NCBI GenBank assembly: GCA_028534125.1
Contig: CM052816.1
Location: 10,728,001-10,788,000, forward strand
Source of the DNA: Lama glama
Lineage: Eukaryota
Length of the DNA: 60,000 nucleotides
Direction: 5' to 3'
Numbering within the stretch: position 1 is the stretch's first letter; every line of letters begins with the position of its first letter. Positions 1 to 11,514 of the stretch are shown here, piece by piece. The position numbers were made by a program, and so were the translations under genes. A model generated the notes under the pieces. It did not search any database, was not told where the DNA came from, and saw only the letters and a program-made list of their open reading frames with translations.

Positions 1-204
1 AGTATTTTCATGTATTTCTTTTGCAATACACACATTTTTATAACTAGTTAGTGTACATTGTGTTTTGACTTTTTTAACAACATAGCATGAACATCTATCC
101 TTGTCATTACATACCTTTACATTTTTCTGCACTAATATTAACCTGAAGGATATATCATACTCCTAGAAGTAATAGTGGTTTATGATAGCAGAAATTTTTA
201 AGTA

Positions 205-1215
205 TTTAATAACAGCCTTATTGAGATATTCTTTAATTTTTTAATCTTTAATAACAGCTTTATTGAAATACTCCTTTTTTTCTCTTCCAGTTTTATTGGT
301 ATATAATTGACATACAGCCCTGTATAAATTTAAGGTGTGCAGCATAATGATTTGATTTACATATATCATGAAATGATTATCACAGTAAGTTCAGTGAACG
401 TGCGTCATCTCATATAGACAGGAAATTAAATAGGAAACAAATTTTCCTTGTAATGAGAGCTCTTAGTATTTACTCTCTTAACAAGTTAAGTGCTAATTGT
501 ATTTGTCATGTTGTACATTACATCTCTGGTACTTATTTATCTTATAACGAAGTTTGTACCTTTTGAAACATCCTTTTAAAGTGTACCATTCAGCGGGTTT
601 TAGTATATTCAGAGTTGTGCAGCTATTGATTGCCCTTATGTAATTTTAGAACATTTTCATTATTCCAAAAAGAAATCGCCAAACTATAAGCAGTCACTCT
701 CATTCCCCCAACCTCCGCCCCTGGCAACTAGCCTACTTTGTCTCTATGGATTTGTCCATTCTGAACATTTCACGTAAATGGAATCATGCAACACATGGTC
801 ATTTCTGACTGGCTTCTTTTACTTAGGGTAATATTTTCAAGGTCTACCCATATTGTAGCTTGTATCAGTACTTCATTCCTTTTCATAGCTGAATAATAAT
901 CCTTTGTGTAGTTATATCACATTTTATTCATCCATTTAGCAGCTAATGAATATTTGGGTTGTCTCCACTTCGGGGATGCTATGAATAATGCTGCTATGAA
1001 TATTCATCTACAAGTTTTAATGTGAATATGTTTTCTGCTGTCTTGGATTTACACCTAGAAGTGGAATTGCGGAGTCAAATGGGAACTCTTGTTTCACATT
1101 TTGAGGAACTGCCCAACTATTTGTGGCTGCATTATACAGTCCCACAAGCAGGGTGTGATGGTTCCAATTTCGCCACCTCCTCACCATCACAATAGTAGTG
1201 ATTTTCAACTGAAAG
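205..1215 (-). mobile_element. Old L1 (L1MB-like) 3' fragment interrupted by a younger L1 3' end (~278-562)
   Basis: Antisense L1 3'UTR motifs (acagctttattgaaata; aaagtgtaccattca; tctgactggcttcttttactt; aatgctgctatgaatattcat). The nested piece starts ttccagttttattggtatataattgacatac and is flanked by similar ttgaaatactcctttt/ttgaaacatcctttt. Confidence 0.75.
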
Positions 1216-1354
1216 GCTATTCATTCCTAAGAGGGACGGATCAGACTCTAGTGGTGGGTGGTTTGGAAAAAGACCTCCAAGATTCTGTTGGGATCTCAAC
1301 CCACCCAACACACAGATACACACATACAGTGCCAGGCTCCTATTTGTTTGACTC

Positions 1355-1508
1355 TGGGTATATTATTTATCCCTATTAGCCTCAGTAAAATGGAGATAAT
1401 AATAATACTTACCTTATAGGGGCTGTTGTTAGAATAAAATGAGATAATGCTAGTGAAATCCTTTGTATAGTGCCCAGTACATAATAGATGCCCAGCAAGT
1501 GTTAGCTG
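1355..1508 (+). mobile_element. MIR SINE fragment
   Basis: gcctcagtaaaatggagataataataatacttaccttataggg...aaatgagataatg matches the MIR core. Confidence 0.75.
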
Positions 1509-2449
1509 TGAATCAATGGCTCAATAATTTTCCACAAGATGTACATACTATAATTTGCCTAGACAATTCTATTGTTGGACATTTGTCTTGTATCCAGTTT
1601 TTTAAACAGTGCTCTGAAAAATACCCTCATGGTGAAATTTTTGCCCACATCATGATTATTTTCTTAGGATGAATTCTGTAAAGTATTATTGCTTGGTGCA
1701 CTTTAAAGAAATTTAAGGACATTTCCTAATCTATATTTTTTTTGTTTAAATTATACTGAAATTCTACTTTGAAACATGTAATCAGGTACTAGACAACACC
1801 CTTTGAGCTTTGGCTAACTAACCTGGTTTTATAACTCCTCACTGGTATACCTGACAAATATAATGCAAAATAAAACTGTCTTGAATAAGACAGCCTAAGT
1901 TTAACTCAAACCTGTGAATGAGAAAAGGCTCTCCAGTCTGGACTCTTGGATTTTTGTACCTTTACTATCATTGCATCAATATCCTGACTAGGCAAGCAGA
2001 AGAGCTATCAATGAAATTAGGCACAGTGGATGGTTTTGGTTTGCATTTAGGCAAATCCAGGGCAAAAGTCAGGTGACAGTGGAGCTTAAGCAGTAGAAAA
2101 GAACGATTCACTGTGAGTGGGCATGCAGCTTTCCTCATGGCGTCAGCTCTAGGAGAATTTAGGGGCCATCAGTCACAGATCCACCATGGCAATTTCATAA
2201 CCAGCCTGTAGGGGGTGAAACAAAGGCATTAGGTTTCCTCTGATGGATATGGGAAATCTTTATGGCAAAGGTAGGATTTTAAGAGTTATTTAAATTAAAT
2301 TATTTAAGTTATTTAAATTATGAAGTTTGATTGGATGGTGCAGTATACTGGAAATTGACACAGCTTGGGAGGCAGTGTTGAGGCATTGAGAGGAAATTTG
2401 AACAGATAACAGGTATCAGTAGAAAGATATATCAGCAATTAATGTGTTT

Positions 2450-2711
2450 CTACTGGCATACTGGTAAATGTTTGACTATCAGCTTTCCTCCACACACCAC
2501 CCCGACCCCACCCCAGCCCCCGCAAAAAAGCCAAAAGCCCTGATTTATATAGGTTTTTAAAAATTTATATGATATAAATATCCCACCATGGCAGATTTCA
2601 GATTTTAAGCAACCAATGTGATGTCACTCAAAGCAGAGCTGGAAAAAGATGTAAGTAATTGGTACAGTCAGCTTTCTACAGCCAGTACACACCAGCTCCA
2701 GTATAACACTG
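2450..2711. mobile_element. MER63-like hAT DNA transposon remnant
   Basis: ctggtaaatgtttgac...aaaagccctgattt...tcccaccatggcagatttca...accagctccagtataacactg resembles the recalled MER63A consensus. Confidence 0.65.
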
Positions 2712-3329
2712 TTTACTCCCATAACTTGCTGTACTGGGATACTTGAGGAAACATTGTACTCAGTGAAATCCATTAAGTATCCAGAATCTAGAATTAATAA
2801 CATTTTGAGGGCAAGATGTTTTGTTTTCTTCTCCTAGGTTAAAGGCTCACTCGTGTGGTATTTATTACGTGTTGTAACATGCACAAAAAGGAATTGCAAA
2901 CCTTGCTAGAAACTCAAGAGGTCATTCTCTGGGCATGCAACATAAACCACTTCAGAGAGACAGTTGTACATTCAGGGCTGAGTGATCCTAGAGAGATATT
3001 TCATGTGATTCCATGATAGACAAATGTGGTCAGGCCTGAACCTCTGTAATGTGAAAATCAAGAAAGGATAATCCTGATTCCTCCCATTGGCACAGAACTT
3101 CGTGGCTTATAAAGGGCTTTTTGCAAGGTGGTAAAATCTCATACGTCCAGTTTCTAGTGCTCATTTAAGGCAGATTGATAGCTGTAACACTCAGGTTTCT
3201 AGGTCACTTGTGTTCACGTGAGTGACTGCCTTGTAGTGCCTCTCCCCAACTCTCCCCGATGAAACCCCGATTAGCCACTCCTAGGAGAAAGAAGTGACCT
3301 TTTAGTGAGTCCTGGCTACGGGCCAAGCC

Positions 3330-3520
3330 TGTACTAAGCATTTTCCTTACATTGTCTCTGAAGCCACTCAACAACCTGATGAAGTAGTTCCTATTATTTT
3401 CTTCCATTTTGCAAATACAGAGGCTCAGAGATGTTAAACTGCTTGACAAAGGTCATGAAATTCATAAATGTCTGAACTGGGACAAAAAACCCAAGACTCT
3501 CTGACACCTAAAGCCTGTAT
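3330..3520 (-). mobile_element. MIR SINE
   Basis: ctcaacaacctgatgaagtag...ccattttgcaaatacagaggctcagagatgttaaactgcttgacaaaggtca. Confidence 0.7.
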
Positions 3521-4576
3521 TAAGAATCTCCAGGCTGGGTTAGGTCAAAGGTTTTAAAAAAAATTGTAGATATTTAATGTGCTAATTGGACAGGATGACC
3601 TACAAGGTTCCAGTGTAGGCAGCATGAGCCTGACTAGGGTGAGGGTATATGAGAGTATTGGGGGAGGGGGAGCGTAACAAAGGTGATGGAAAAAAGAATG
3701 TGTTCACAGGCTGTCATGCTGGATTGTGTAACTTAAGAAGGCTGTGTATTTGTAATTGGCCTTTTCTGTGTAAAGCACAATCCTGAATGAGGTCAGCCTT
3801 TCAGAGTGACCTCCGCTGCCCCTCTTGTAGCTTGTGGCCCCCTTTACATAAACTGTAAACAAGATCATAAGTTCCATGACGACAGAGACTGACAGTACAT
3901 CTTAAGCACTGCTGCTGCTGAATCTCTCGTCCTATCCCAGGACCTCCCGTGGTAGGTGTGTAAATATTTGTTCACTATTGATAATAGTGAGTAGTTAGTG
4001 ATAACTGCTATGTGACAGCAGTATATTCTTTCCAAGTATTATCTCATGTAGTCCCCACAGTAACTCCATTAAGTAGTACTATTTTTCTTCCTAGTTAATA
4101 CATTAAAAAAAAAAAAAGATGACTTAGGGAGATCTTGTAACTTGCTCAAGGACATAATAGTAAGTGGCAGAAAATCAGCTTTGCTTGATACCAGAGCCTT
4201 GGCACTTAACATTTTGCTATAGTCTGTTGATTTATAATGCATTTGTTCTATTTCTAAGAAAACTCGTATTACCACAATCAGATGATAGAATTTCAGTTCT
4301 GTGAAGAAAGGGACTCTGTTCTGTTTTAAATATCCCAGTACCTAAAACAATTCTTGGTGTATATTAAGTTCTCAGTAAATATTTTTGGTGCATATGCATA
4401 CAGGAATGGGCAGGACAATTATTTCAATAGGAATAGGAGTTACAAGCTAGAATAATACTGGCTCACAACACGTTTTCTTGTTGGGGTTTGGGGGTGGTGA
4501 GAATTTTAATAAATGTAGAACTCTAAAACCTAAATACCACTGAACACATTCAGTAATTTACTCCACTTAAGAAATA

Positions 4577-4920
4577 TTTATCTCCATTCAATAAATATAA
4601 TTGAGCATCTACTAAATGCCAGACACTTAATAGCAGAGTTACAATGGTTGGTTGACAATAGTAAGTAAACTGTTACAAAATGCAAGATTCCACGAAGAAG
4701 AAAAGTGGGGAAAATGGTATAGCGATAGAAAATACTGGAGGAACGGACTATGATGTGGTCAGGAAATGCCTCATTGAAGTCGGGACAGTTCAGCTGAGAT
4801 GCTGAAGAGTGCCAAGAACACAAGGAAGGGGCACAGGGAATGAATGGCATGTGCAAATGCCAAAAGCTTTTGGAAAGAACTTGACTTGGAGGAGGAGAAA
4901 GAAGGTCAGTGAGTCTTCTG
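4577..4920 (-). mobile_element. L2 LINE 3' fragment
   Basis: cattcaataaatataattgagcatctactaaatgccagacac followed by a purine-rich L2 body. Confidence 0.6.
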
Positions 4921-7031
4921 GGAAGTGGTCTGTGTAGTCCTCTTAGAACCACAGGATTGCACAGGGCTGCCTTCACTCACTGACTTCCTTTACTACACAT
5001 CATTGTGCTAACACACAAAGTCAAGGGCTGTACTTTTCTTGGTTTTGGTTGGAAGGGCTAGTTCCTCATTGCCCATAGTAAAGACTGGTTCACAAAATAG
5101 AACCCTCTGAATCTACTTAATCTACTTAATGGAGAGCCATCTAATTTGCCTTTTCAGAACTCATGTCTCGGGGAAGAAGTGCCCATACTGTTGAATAAAA
5201 TAAATGCAGGATGAATTTTGCAAGAAACAGGAAAGGGAAGTTTTAGTAAACCAGGAGACTTGATTGATGGAGGGGACATTTCTCCCATTGGTTACAGTGG
5301 AAAATTGCTCAAGTGCATCCTGGCCAATGAGCCGAGGCCCACCTGATTCATCTTGCAAGTCTGTTCCAATCTGGCCCACGTTGTACAAAGATATGGAGGA
5401 GAATATCTCAAATACCATGCCAAGGTGGCAATGAACGGTCATTTCAAATCAAAGCAAGATGTCTTCTCACCACTTGGAGATGAATTTAGCTTTTTTCCCC
5501 TCTTCCCACCCCACACCCGCAATTATGATAATTTGCAATAGAAGCTGGACTGTGTAACTACAGATGAGCTGACCCCTGGAGCCTTGGTGATGGATACAGC
5601 TCATGATGTGGAAGAACCAGCCATGGCAAGTAGAGTTGAAGTGGATTAAATCAACTTGCACCACTCTTCCTCTGTTCCTGGAATTTTATATGTGAATTTG
5701 GCAGAAACAGTCAAACAAGTACGTAGGACTTAATCACAAGATGAGAATAAAATGAAATCTATTCTAAGCTGAACCCCCCACCAACACACACAGCAAATTA
5801 TATCAAAGACTATTTCTACTCTCTTCTCCCAGGAGGTTGCTTTCTGGAGGTGGGGACAATGCCATTTTCCACCTGCCAGAAGCCTCTATTCTTCATGGAA
5901 ATCTAATGGCAATTCCCAACCTGAGTTAAGGACTTGTTTTCCATTTATTTTGAACTTCAAATACTTTCTAAATTGTGTTAGCCGAAGCATTGTATGTATA
6001 TAATTAACTCACAGGTCCCTGTGGGCTCATCCAGCTAAACCTGTGGAACTTAACTGAGCAAAGCAGTCGCTGATGTCTCTCCCTGCAGTTTCACCCATGG
6101 AAATGAGTACCTTCTACAGGAGGAAACCGGGGACATTTCTTTTCTAAAATGTGAGCTGGGTTGCTTCATAAATGACTTTAGTTGTTTCATAACAATAATG
6201 ATCTCACTTTCTTTCAAATATAGAATTTGTGATTTGCAATTTGGGGAAACGTGTCGGGGAGGTAGGGATTCTGTGTTTTCTTCCTAGTTGAAGTAGAAAG
6301 ACACGACTTTTTTTTTTTTATTCATTGGATCTTTGAAATTCCCTCCGGAAAGCAGTGATTCTCTGTGGGCACAGGGCTCCAACGAACCTTTCAGGTGGAG
6401 AGCAAACATCAGCTGTTCCTACGGCTGGGACGGTGGGCTTTTTCGGACTGACTAATCACAGTTAGAAGATCTTTGTGACTCTGGAAAGGGAGAGGTGGGG
6501 TGTGATGGCAGGAAAGTTATGGCCCCTTCTCCCCCTTCTATTCCTAGCGCAGAGAGGGCTTCAGCTAGACTATGAAACTCACCTCTCTCTGTGGGGCTTC
6601 GAACCGCAGGCCTCGCCCTTTAACTTCATCAAGGGATCGCATGCATCATAGAAGAGAGGGCAACAGGGACCGGGAATGTAGACTTCTTGCCTACCCAAGG
6701 GAACCTACTTCTCTCTGCTATTCTGTAGCACAGGTGTCCCGAGAAAGGCAGCAAGCTAGGTACTCTGGGTGCTGGAGTAAACGCCGCCCTCAGCTGCGCG
6801 GCACGGGAGAAGGGAGGTTGGAAGCGCTCGTCTGTGCTTTTGCCGTGAACCTGCAAGCTAGCTGCTTGCCGCCCAGGTGCCGCTTCGCGGCTGCGTGCGC
6901 CCCACTGCAGCAGAGAGCAGCCGCAGCCTCTGCCTCGGCCACCACTGCTGCTAGGGAAGAGTCCTGGGGCTGCTGACGCGGTTGGGAGGAGCCTCGCCTT
7001 TAATGCACCAGCCGCCTCCAGCCGCCTCCTG

Positions 7032-7047
7032 CAGCAAGCAGCAGCAG
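7032..7047 (+). repeat. PPP2R2B: Orthologue of the SCA12 (CAG)n repeat, short and interrupted: CAG-CAAG-(CAG)3
   Basis: The flanks gagcctcgcctttaatgcaccagccgcctcc and ctgcgagtgcgcg...gtgtgagggtgagtgcgctggc match the recalled human SCA12 flanks. It lies ~670 nt upstream of the Bbeta1 ATG. Confidence 0.85.
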
Positions 7048-7587
7048 CTGCGAGTGCGCGAGTGTGGGTGTGAGGGTGAGTGCGCTGGCGCCGGCCGCAG
7101 CGCCCTGCCCAGCTCCCCGCCGGCTGCCGAGCCCCCGCCAGCCAGAGCCATCCTCCCGCGGGACCAGCACCCTCATCCGGGCAGGGCCAGCCTGAATCCT
7201 GCCCCTGCCATCTCGCCACTGCAGCTCGGGTCCAGAAAGGCACCATTTTGTCGAGGCTGCCCGCTCTCCCAGGGGGAGGAGGGCCCTATTTTACATTTTG
7301 GAGCGGCTGCCAACGAGGGGAACCTGTTGGGCATCTCCCCAGCCCTGCTTGTGAGCGCCTCCGGGGCGGCGGGCGGGACCAGACCTCTCGGGGCACGGCG
7401 CATCTTGGCACCCGGAGGCGGCGGAGGCTGGCGCAGCATCCTCGCTGGGAATTGAAGCTGGAGTGAGCGCACCGCGGGAGGAGCCGCCGCAGCCTCGGAG
7501 ATCCCGAGTGGAGGAGGTGACAGCTCCATTGCCGGGTTTTTATTTTTTTCTCTCTTCGCCTCCCCGTCTCCTCCTCAGGCTCGGACC

Positions 7588-7629
7588 ATGGTGCAGTCCC
7601 ACTGGCTCCCCTGCCCCCCTCTCCTGTGA
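7588..7629 (+). promoter_or_regulatory. uORF1 ([13 protein letters not shown])
   Basis: ACCATGG strong Kozak context; TGA at 7627-7629. Confidence 0.7.
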
Positions 7630-7650
7630 GACTGGCTGCAGGGAGGGATC

Positions 7651-7719
7651 ATGGATACTTGTCTGCCGGCTTCTGGTTCCCACGCAAGTAAGCCTGCTGT
7701 CAATGGAGGAGGACATTGA
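7651..7719 (+). promoter_or_regulatory. uORF2, overlapping the main ATG out of frame ([22 protein letters not shown])
   Basis: ATCATGG strong Kozak context; TGA at 7717-7719, downstream of the main ATG at 7703. Confidence 0.7.
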
Positions 7720-7772
7720 TACCCGCAAAATCAACAACAGTTTCCTGCGCGACCACAGCTATGCGACCGAAG
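7703..7772 (+). CDS. PPP2R2B: PP2A 55 kDa regulatory subunit B beta, isoform Bbeta1, first coding segment (23 codons + 1 nt, phase 1)
   Basis: Translates to [23 protein letters not shown], the recognised B55-beta N-terminus, followed by a GT donor. Confidence 0.97.
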
Positions 7773-10700
7773 GTAACGCCAGCCCCGCCGCATTCCGCCG
7801 CTGGGGCCGGGCGCAAGTTGCGGATCGCTGTGCTCCGTGGGCAGCCGGGCGTGTGGCGGCGGAGACTTATCCAGGCCCTGGGGCTGGGGCGGGGGCTCGG
7901 CTCGCAGGGGCGGCCTCCGGTGCGCCCCACATCCATCCCGGGCTCCGCGAGGCGAGCCGGGAGTATAGCAGCAGGTGGACCCGGCGCCCCCGGGAGTTAA
8001 AATGGCCCTCGGGGATTAGGTTTTTAAGGGTGGGGCTCCAGCTAGAAAAATGACCCCCAAAAGGCAGATGACCCCTCGCGCAAGATGTATGCAGGAGTCT
8101 TGGGGTGGGGGGTATTGGAAGGAAGGGAGCCCAAGAGGACCCTGGGTTCTCCCCTCCTGGAACCGAATGACGTGTCTCGGTGGCTGCAGGGAGGGCATGG
8201 TTTCATTTCCTGCCGGTTCATCTCTCCAGCCGGGTTACCTGCTCAGACAATCAAAAGCCCCGAAGGCTCGTTGAAAAAGGGCGAAGCCTTCCTCCTTGGA
8301 AGTGCATTAGCAAGATATAAAAAGGTGGCTGGGGGAGCAGTGTTCTGGCGGCGATCGAATGAGTCTGACACGTGGGGCGAGCAATGCAATCAGTGGGGCC
8401 TTTAAAAATCACCATTATGAATTCTGCAGCAGTAGTTTCTGCTGAATCAACAGCCAGCAGAAAGCAAGAGGGTTCACTAAGCCGAGCTTTGCCAAGAGGT
8501 GAAATTGTCGTGCCTCTCTCTCCCTCCCCCCCTCCTCAGCTTGTTATGATATTAGCTTGAGTGAGGTTCAGGGAGGCAGGGGAAGTCAGCAGGTGGAATC
8601 ATTCACCTTTTGTGTGGGACTAGAGAGGAAGCATTTTTTTCCCAGATACCCAAACTTTTGCATTTTTGCTTTCATTTTCTACCTGTAGGCCTTTATCTTT
8701 AACTACTCCTGTAAAGTGTTGCATAGTCACAGTGATATCCACGGGAGGAAAATGTGTGAATGTGCTTCAGGGAAGTGTAATAAGGCATGTTAATTTATCC
8801 TTCTTATTCTTGGATGATAAAATTTCTGTAGTATTAAATCAATACTAGTAGAGAAATGTGGAAGAATTCAGGCTCTGAAATAAAAAGACACATAATATAA
8901 CGTCTTCTATAAACGTCCCTGGAAGTTTTAGATAGAAAGAATGCCCAGCACTATTGAAAATATATGATTCATTCATCGTCTTTATTGGTGAGCGTCACAT
9001 CTATACATAGGTCCGTGGCACTAGACAGATTAAGCAGAACTGTATGAGCTCTGGCCTTCAGGAGCTTGGAAGTGGCTTTTAAGATGTTCAGCTTGTCTCT
9101 GCCCCATACCAAGCACCATACTTGCTGATTCTTTTTACTTGCCTGGTGACAGCGTGGTTATAAGATGTCCTTCCCCAGTTCTAGTGCTTTGTCACTGACT
9201 CGCTTACCAAGTAGGATACAGTGAGCTCCGTGTCTGAGCGTATCATCCAAAAGAGAAGTTGCCTTTGGGTCTTTCGTCTTTGGGGGGCACACTTTTTTTT
9301 GCGTTTGAGGCAACAAAGACAGGGGACTGCCTTTGTGTTTTCTTCTGTACTGCATTGTGCCTGCAAGTGCAGGCAAAGGAAACTTAGCTGGGAAGACGGG
9401 GAAACTGAGGCAACATGTGTAGGAGTGTCATCTGTAGAATGAAGAAGTGAGTTAAACACGGTGTTCCATATTGCTTTCAGGGCCCTAGATACTACCTAGT
9501 CTTTGTTCCTGTTTTATGACATTTTTGTAAACTGATTCTGGGTAAAATACCTGGGTTCATATAGTCCAAAATGAGGCATGAGTGTATAGCGAAGAACTTT
9601 CTAAAATCTTTCCAAATTAGCTTCTCAGATCCCTCCCTTCCCTCGCACCTCTATGGCATGCATGCACGCACGCACGCTCACCCCACATTCAAAACTAAAC
9701 AGACCTTTATTTCCCAGTAGGCTTCCGATTTCCTTACCTGATCTTACGGAAGGTCTGGAAAGAAGAAAAAAATAGAACTGAGACAATGTAAATTGCCTTT
9801 TTACATGCAACCCCTAATTGCATTTAAGTGCTGGCCAGCGTGGGAAGGGTGTTTCCTCTTCTGATGAATACCTTAAAAGTGCTAGTATACCTTGAAGGAG
9901 CACCAGATCAGAATATTCTTTGTTAAAATCCCCTTCACTGGAGGCTTGCCCCAAAGTTCTCTTCCCCTTTATTAACTTAAAGCCACTTTCTGGGGAATTT
10001 GTTTCTAGGTCCTTCTATAGACTTTCTTTTCTTTTTGTCTCCTTTGATATTTCTGCATTTGCCTATCTTGCCCAGATATGTCAGACATTTTTTTTCCTCC
10101 AAAATCTCCTTCACATTTATCTCTGAATTTTTCTTTCCTTTGCTTGGATCATGCCACACTGCAGTATTCTATTTAAAGCTGAAAGGTTTTTGCTGTGTAG
10201 TTAGTGTGAAGGACTCTAAGCTCAATTTGCATTGTAAGTGGTAGCTGCAGGCAAGTTCATCCAGCTAAGAGCAATGCAAATGCTAAAGGACACTTTTACC
10301 CAAGCTCCTCTCTCTCTCTCTTTCTGGTGGAAAAAGAATGCATGATGTGCATTTATTAGATATTTCCTGTGACTTTTCTTTTCTTCTGAGTATTAAGTTA
10401 CTGCCCTCCTCTACCTTTTCTTATCTTTTCGTCCCTTTTTTGAAGTCAGTATCTTTGAGTATTTTCTCTTTTCCAAGCACTCTACTGAGCTTTCTCTAAG
10501 TAGCATTTCAGTATAGCCAGACCTTGCTAAGTGGGTGTTGTTATTTCCATTGTTGAATAAGAGAACTGAGCAACTAAGGTCCAGAGGTGATATTCATTTG
10601 TCAAGGTCACACAGTCAGGGGAAAAACTTGTCTTCCAACTCAAGACTGTCTAAAGGCCATGCACTTCTACTAAGAAATTCTGCTCTGCCTCATTTTCCTT

Positions 10701-11514
10701 TAACCATTAGCTCCCGTTATGGGGAAGACCACAATGGTTTTATCTTTGTGTATAAAACTCTGTTCCCATCTAGGGTAAAATTCTTTGCAGGGATAGTTTG
10801 TAAGTGTGTAAGGGATTATACATTACAAAAAAATCAGACTTGCTAGAAGCAACTGAAATGCTGTCTCCATTAGAGCAGTCTGAGAGTTTTCTAGATTAAT
10901 CTTTCTACTCCTATTCTGGGGCCACAGACAGAATAAATATTCTCTGTAAGTGGTGTTTCCAGGAATGGCAATCTGGTTAGAAGGGGAAGTCAGGGAACAT
11001 GTTTTAAAATAACTATTCTGTTCTCAGTTTCCTTAGCTGTAAAATGGAAATAACAGCAGGACCTCTGCCACAGGAAAAAAAAATGTCTAACACAGGGAAA
11101 GCGCTCAAGACGGTGTCTGGTACAGAGCCAGACCCGGATAAACGCCCTCGATACGTTATAGCTGCTGTGATTGTTACTTAAGCTGCTCTTGCACTGCAGG
11201 CACACTTTCTCCTTGGATTGCTGTTGATTAAGGGGGGTCTCGAGGGGAAGGGCTAGTGGAAATGGCAGAGAAGTCACTAAAACCCACCACACACTCTTCC
11301 TGGCTCAGCCACCAGCCATGGTTTTGCTATTTAGCAATTTGCCTTAATGTACTTGCTGGTTATGTGCTGGCAGCCAGTAAGTTTCATCATCTCTCCGAGG
11401 CCTTAAAAGACCTCTACTGCTTGTACATATTAAAGGAAGAACAAATTCACTTAGTCCATGTATTGTTGTTATATTAATATATTATAAATGTAGAACTGTT
11501 GATTCCTTCTGCCT

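Larger units (their letters stand above)
7579..7772 (+). other. PPP2R2B: PPP2R2B exon carrying the Bbeta1 start (acceptor ctcctcag|G at 7578/7579; donor AAG|GTAACG at 7772/7773)
   Basis: Polypyrimidine tract 7537-7576 plus AG. The frame is open for 41 codons upstream of the ATG ([19 protein letters not shown]...), as recalled for N-extended human isoforms. Confidence 0.88.
6770..8010. promoter_or_regulatory. PPP2R2B: CpG island / PPP2R2B Bbeta1 promoter
   Basis: Sharp rise in GC content and CpG density around the first coding exon. Contains a TGACG half-CRE (6974-6978) and a CAGCTG E-box (7045-7050) directly after the CAG tract. Confidence 0.9.

Noticed and set aside
5161..5664. Cluster of short ORFs and a CCAAT box upstream of the CpG island
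   Set aside because: No recognisable product and no convincing acceptor/donor pair; it may be conserved non-coding DNA, but I cannot support that.
7773..8053. Continuation of the Bbeta1 ORF (GNASPAAF...)
   Set aside because: Read-through past the GT donor into the intron; similarity to B55-beta ends at ...YATE.
6572..8405. Many overlapping Pro/Arg/Gly/Ala-rich ORFs
   Set aside because: Expected from stop-codon scarcity in a CpG island; only the frames discussed above have independent support.
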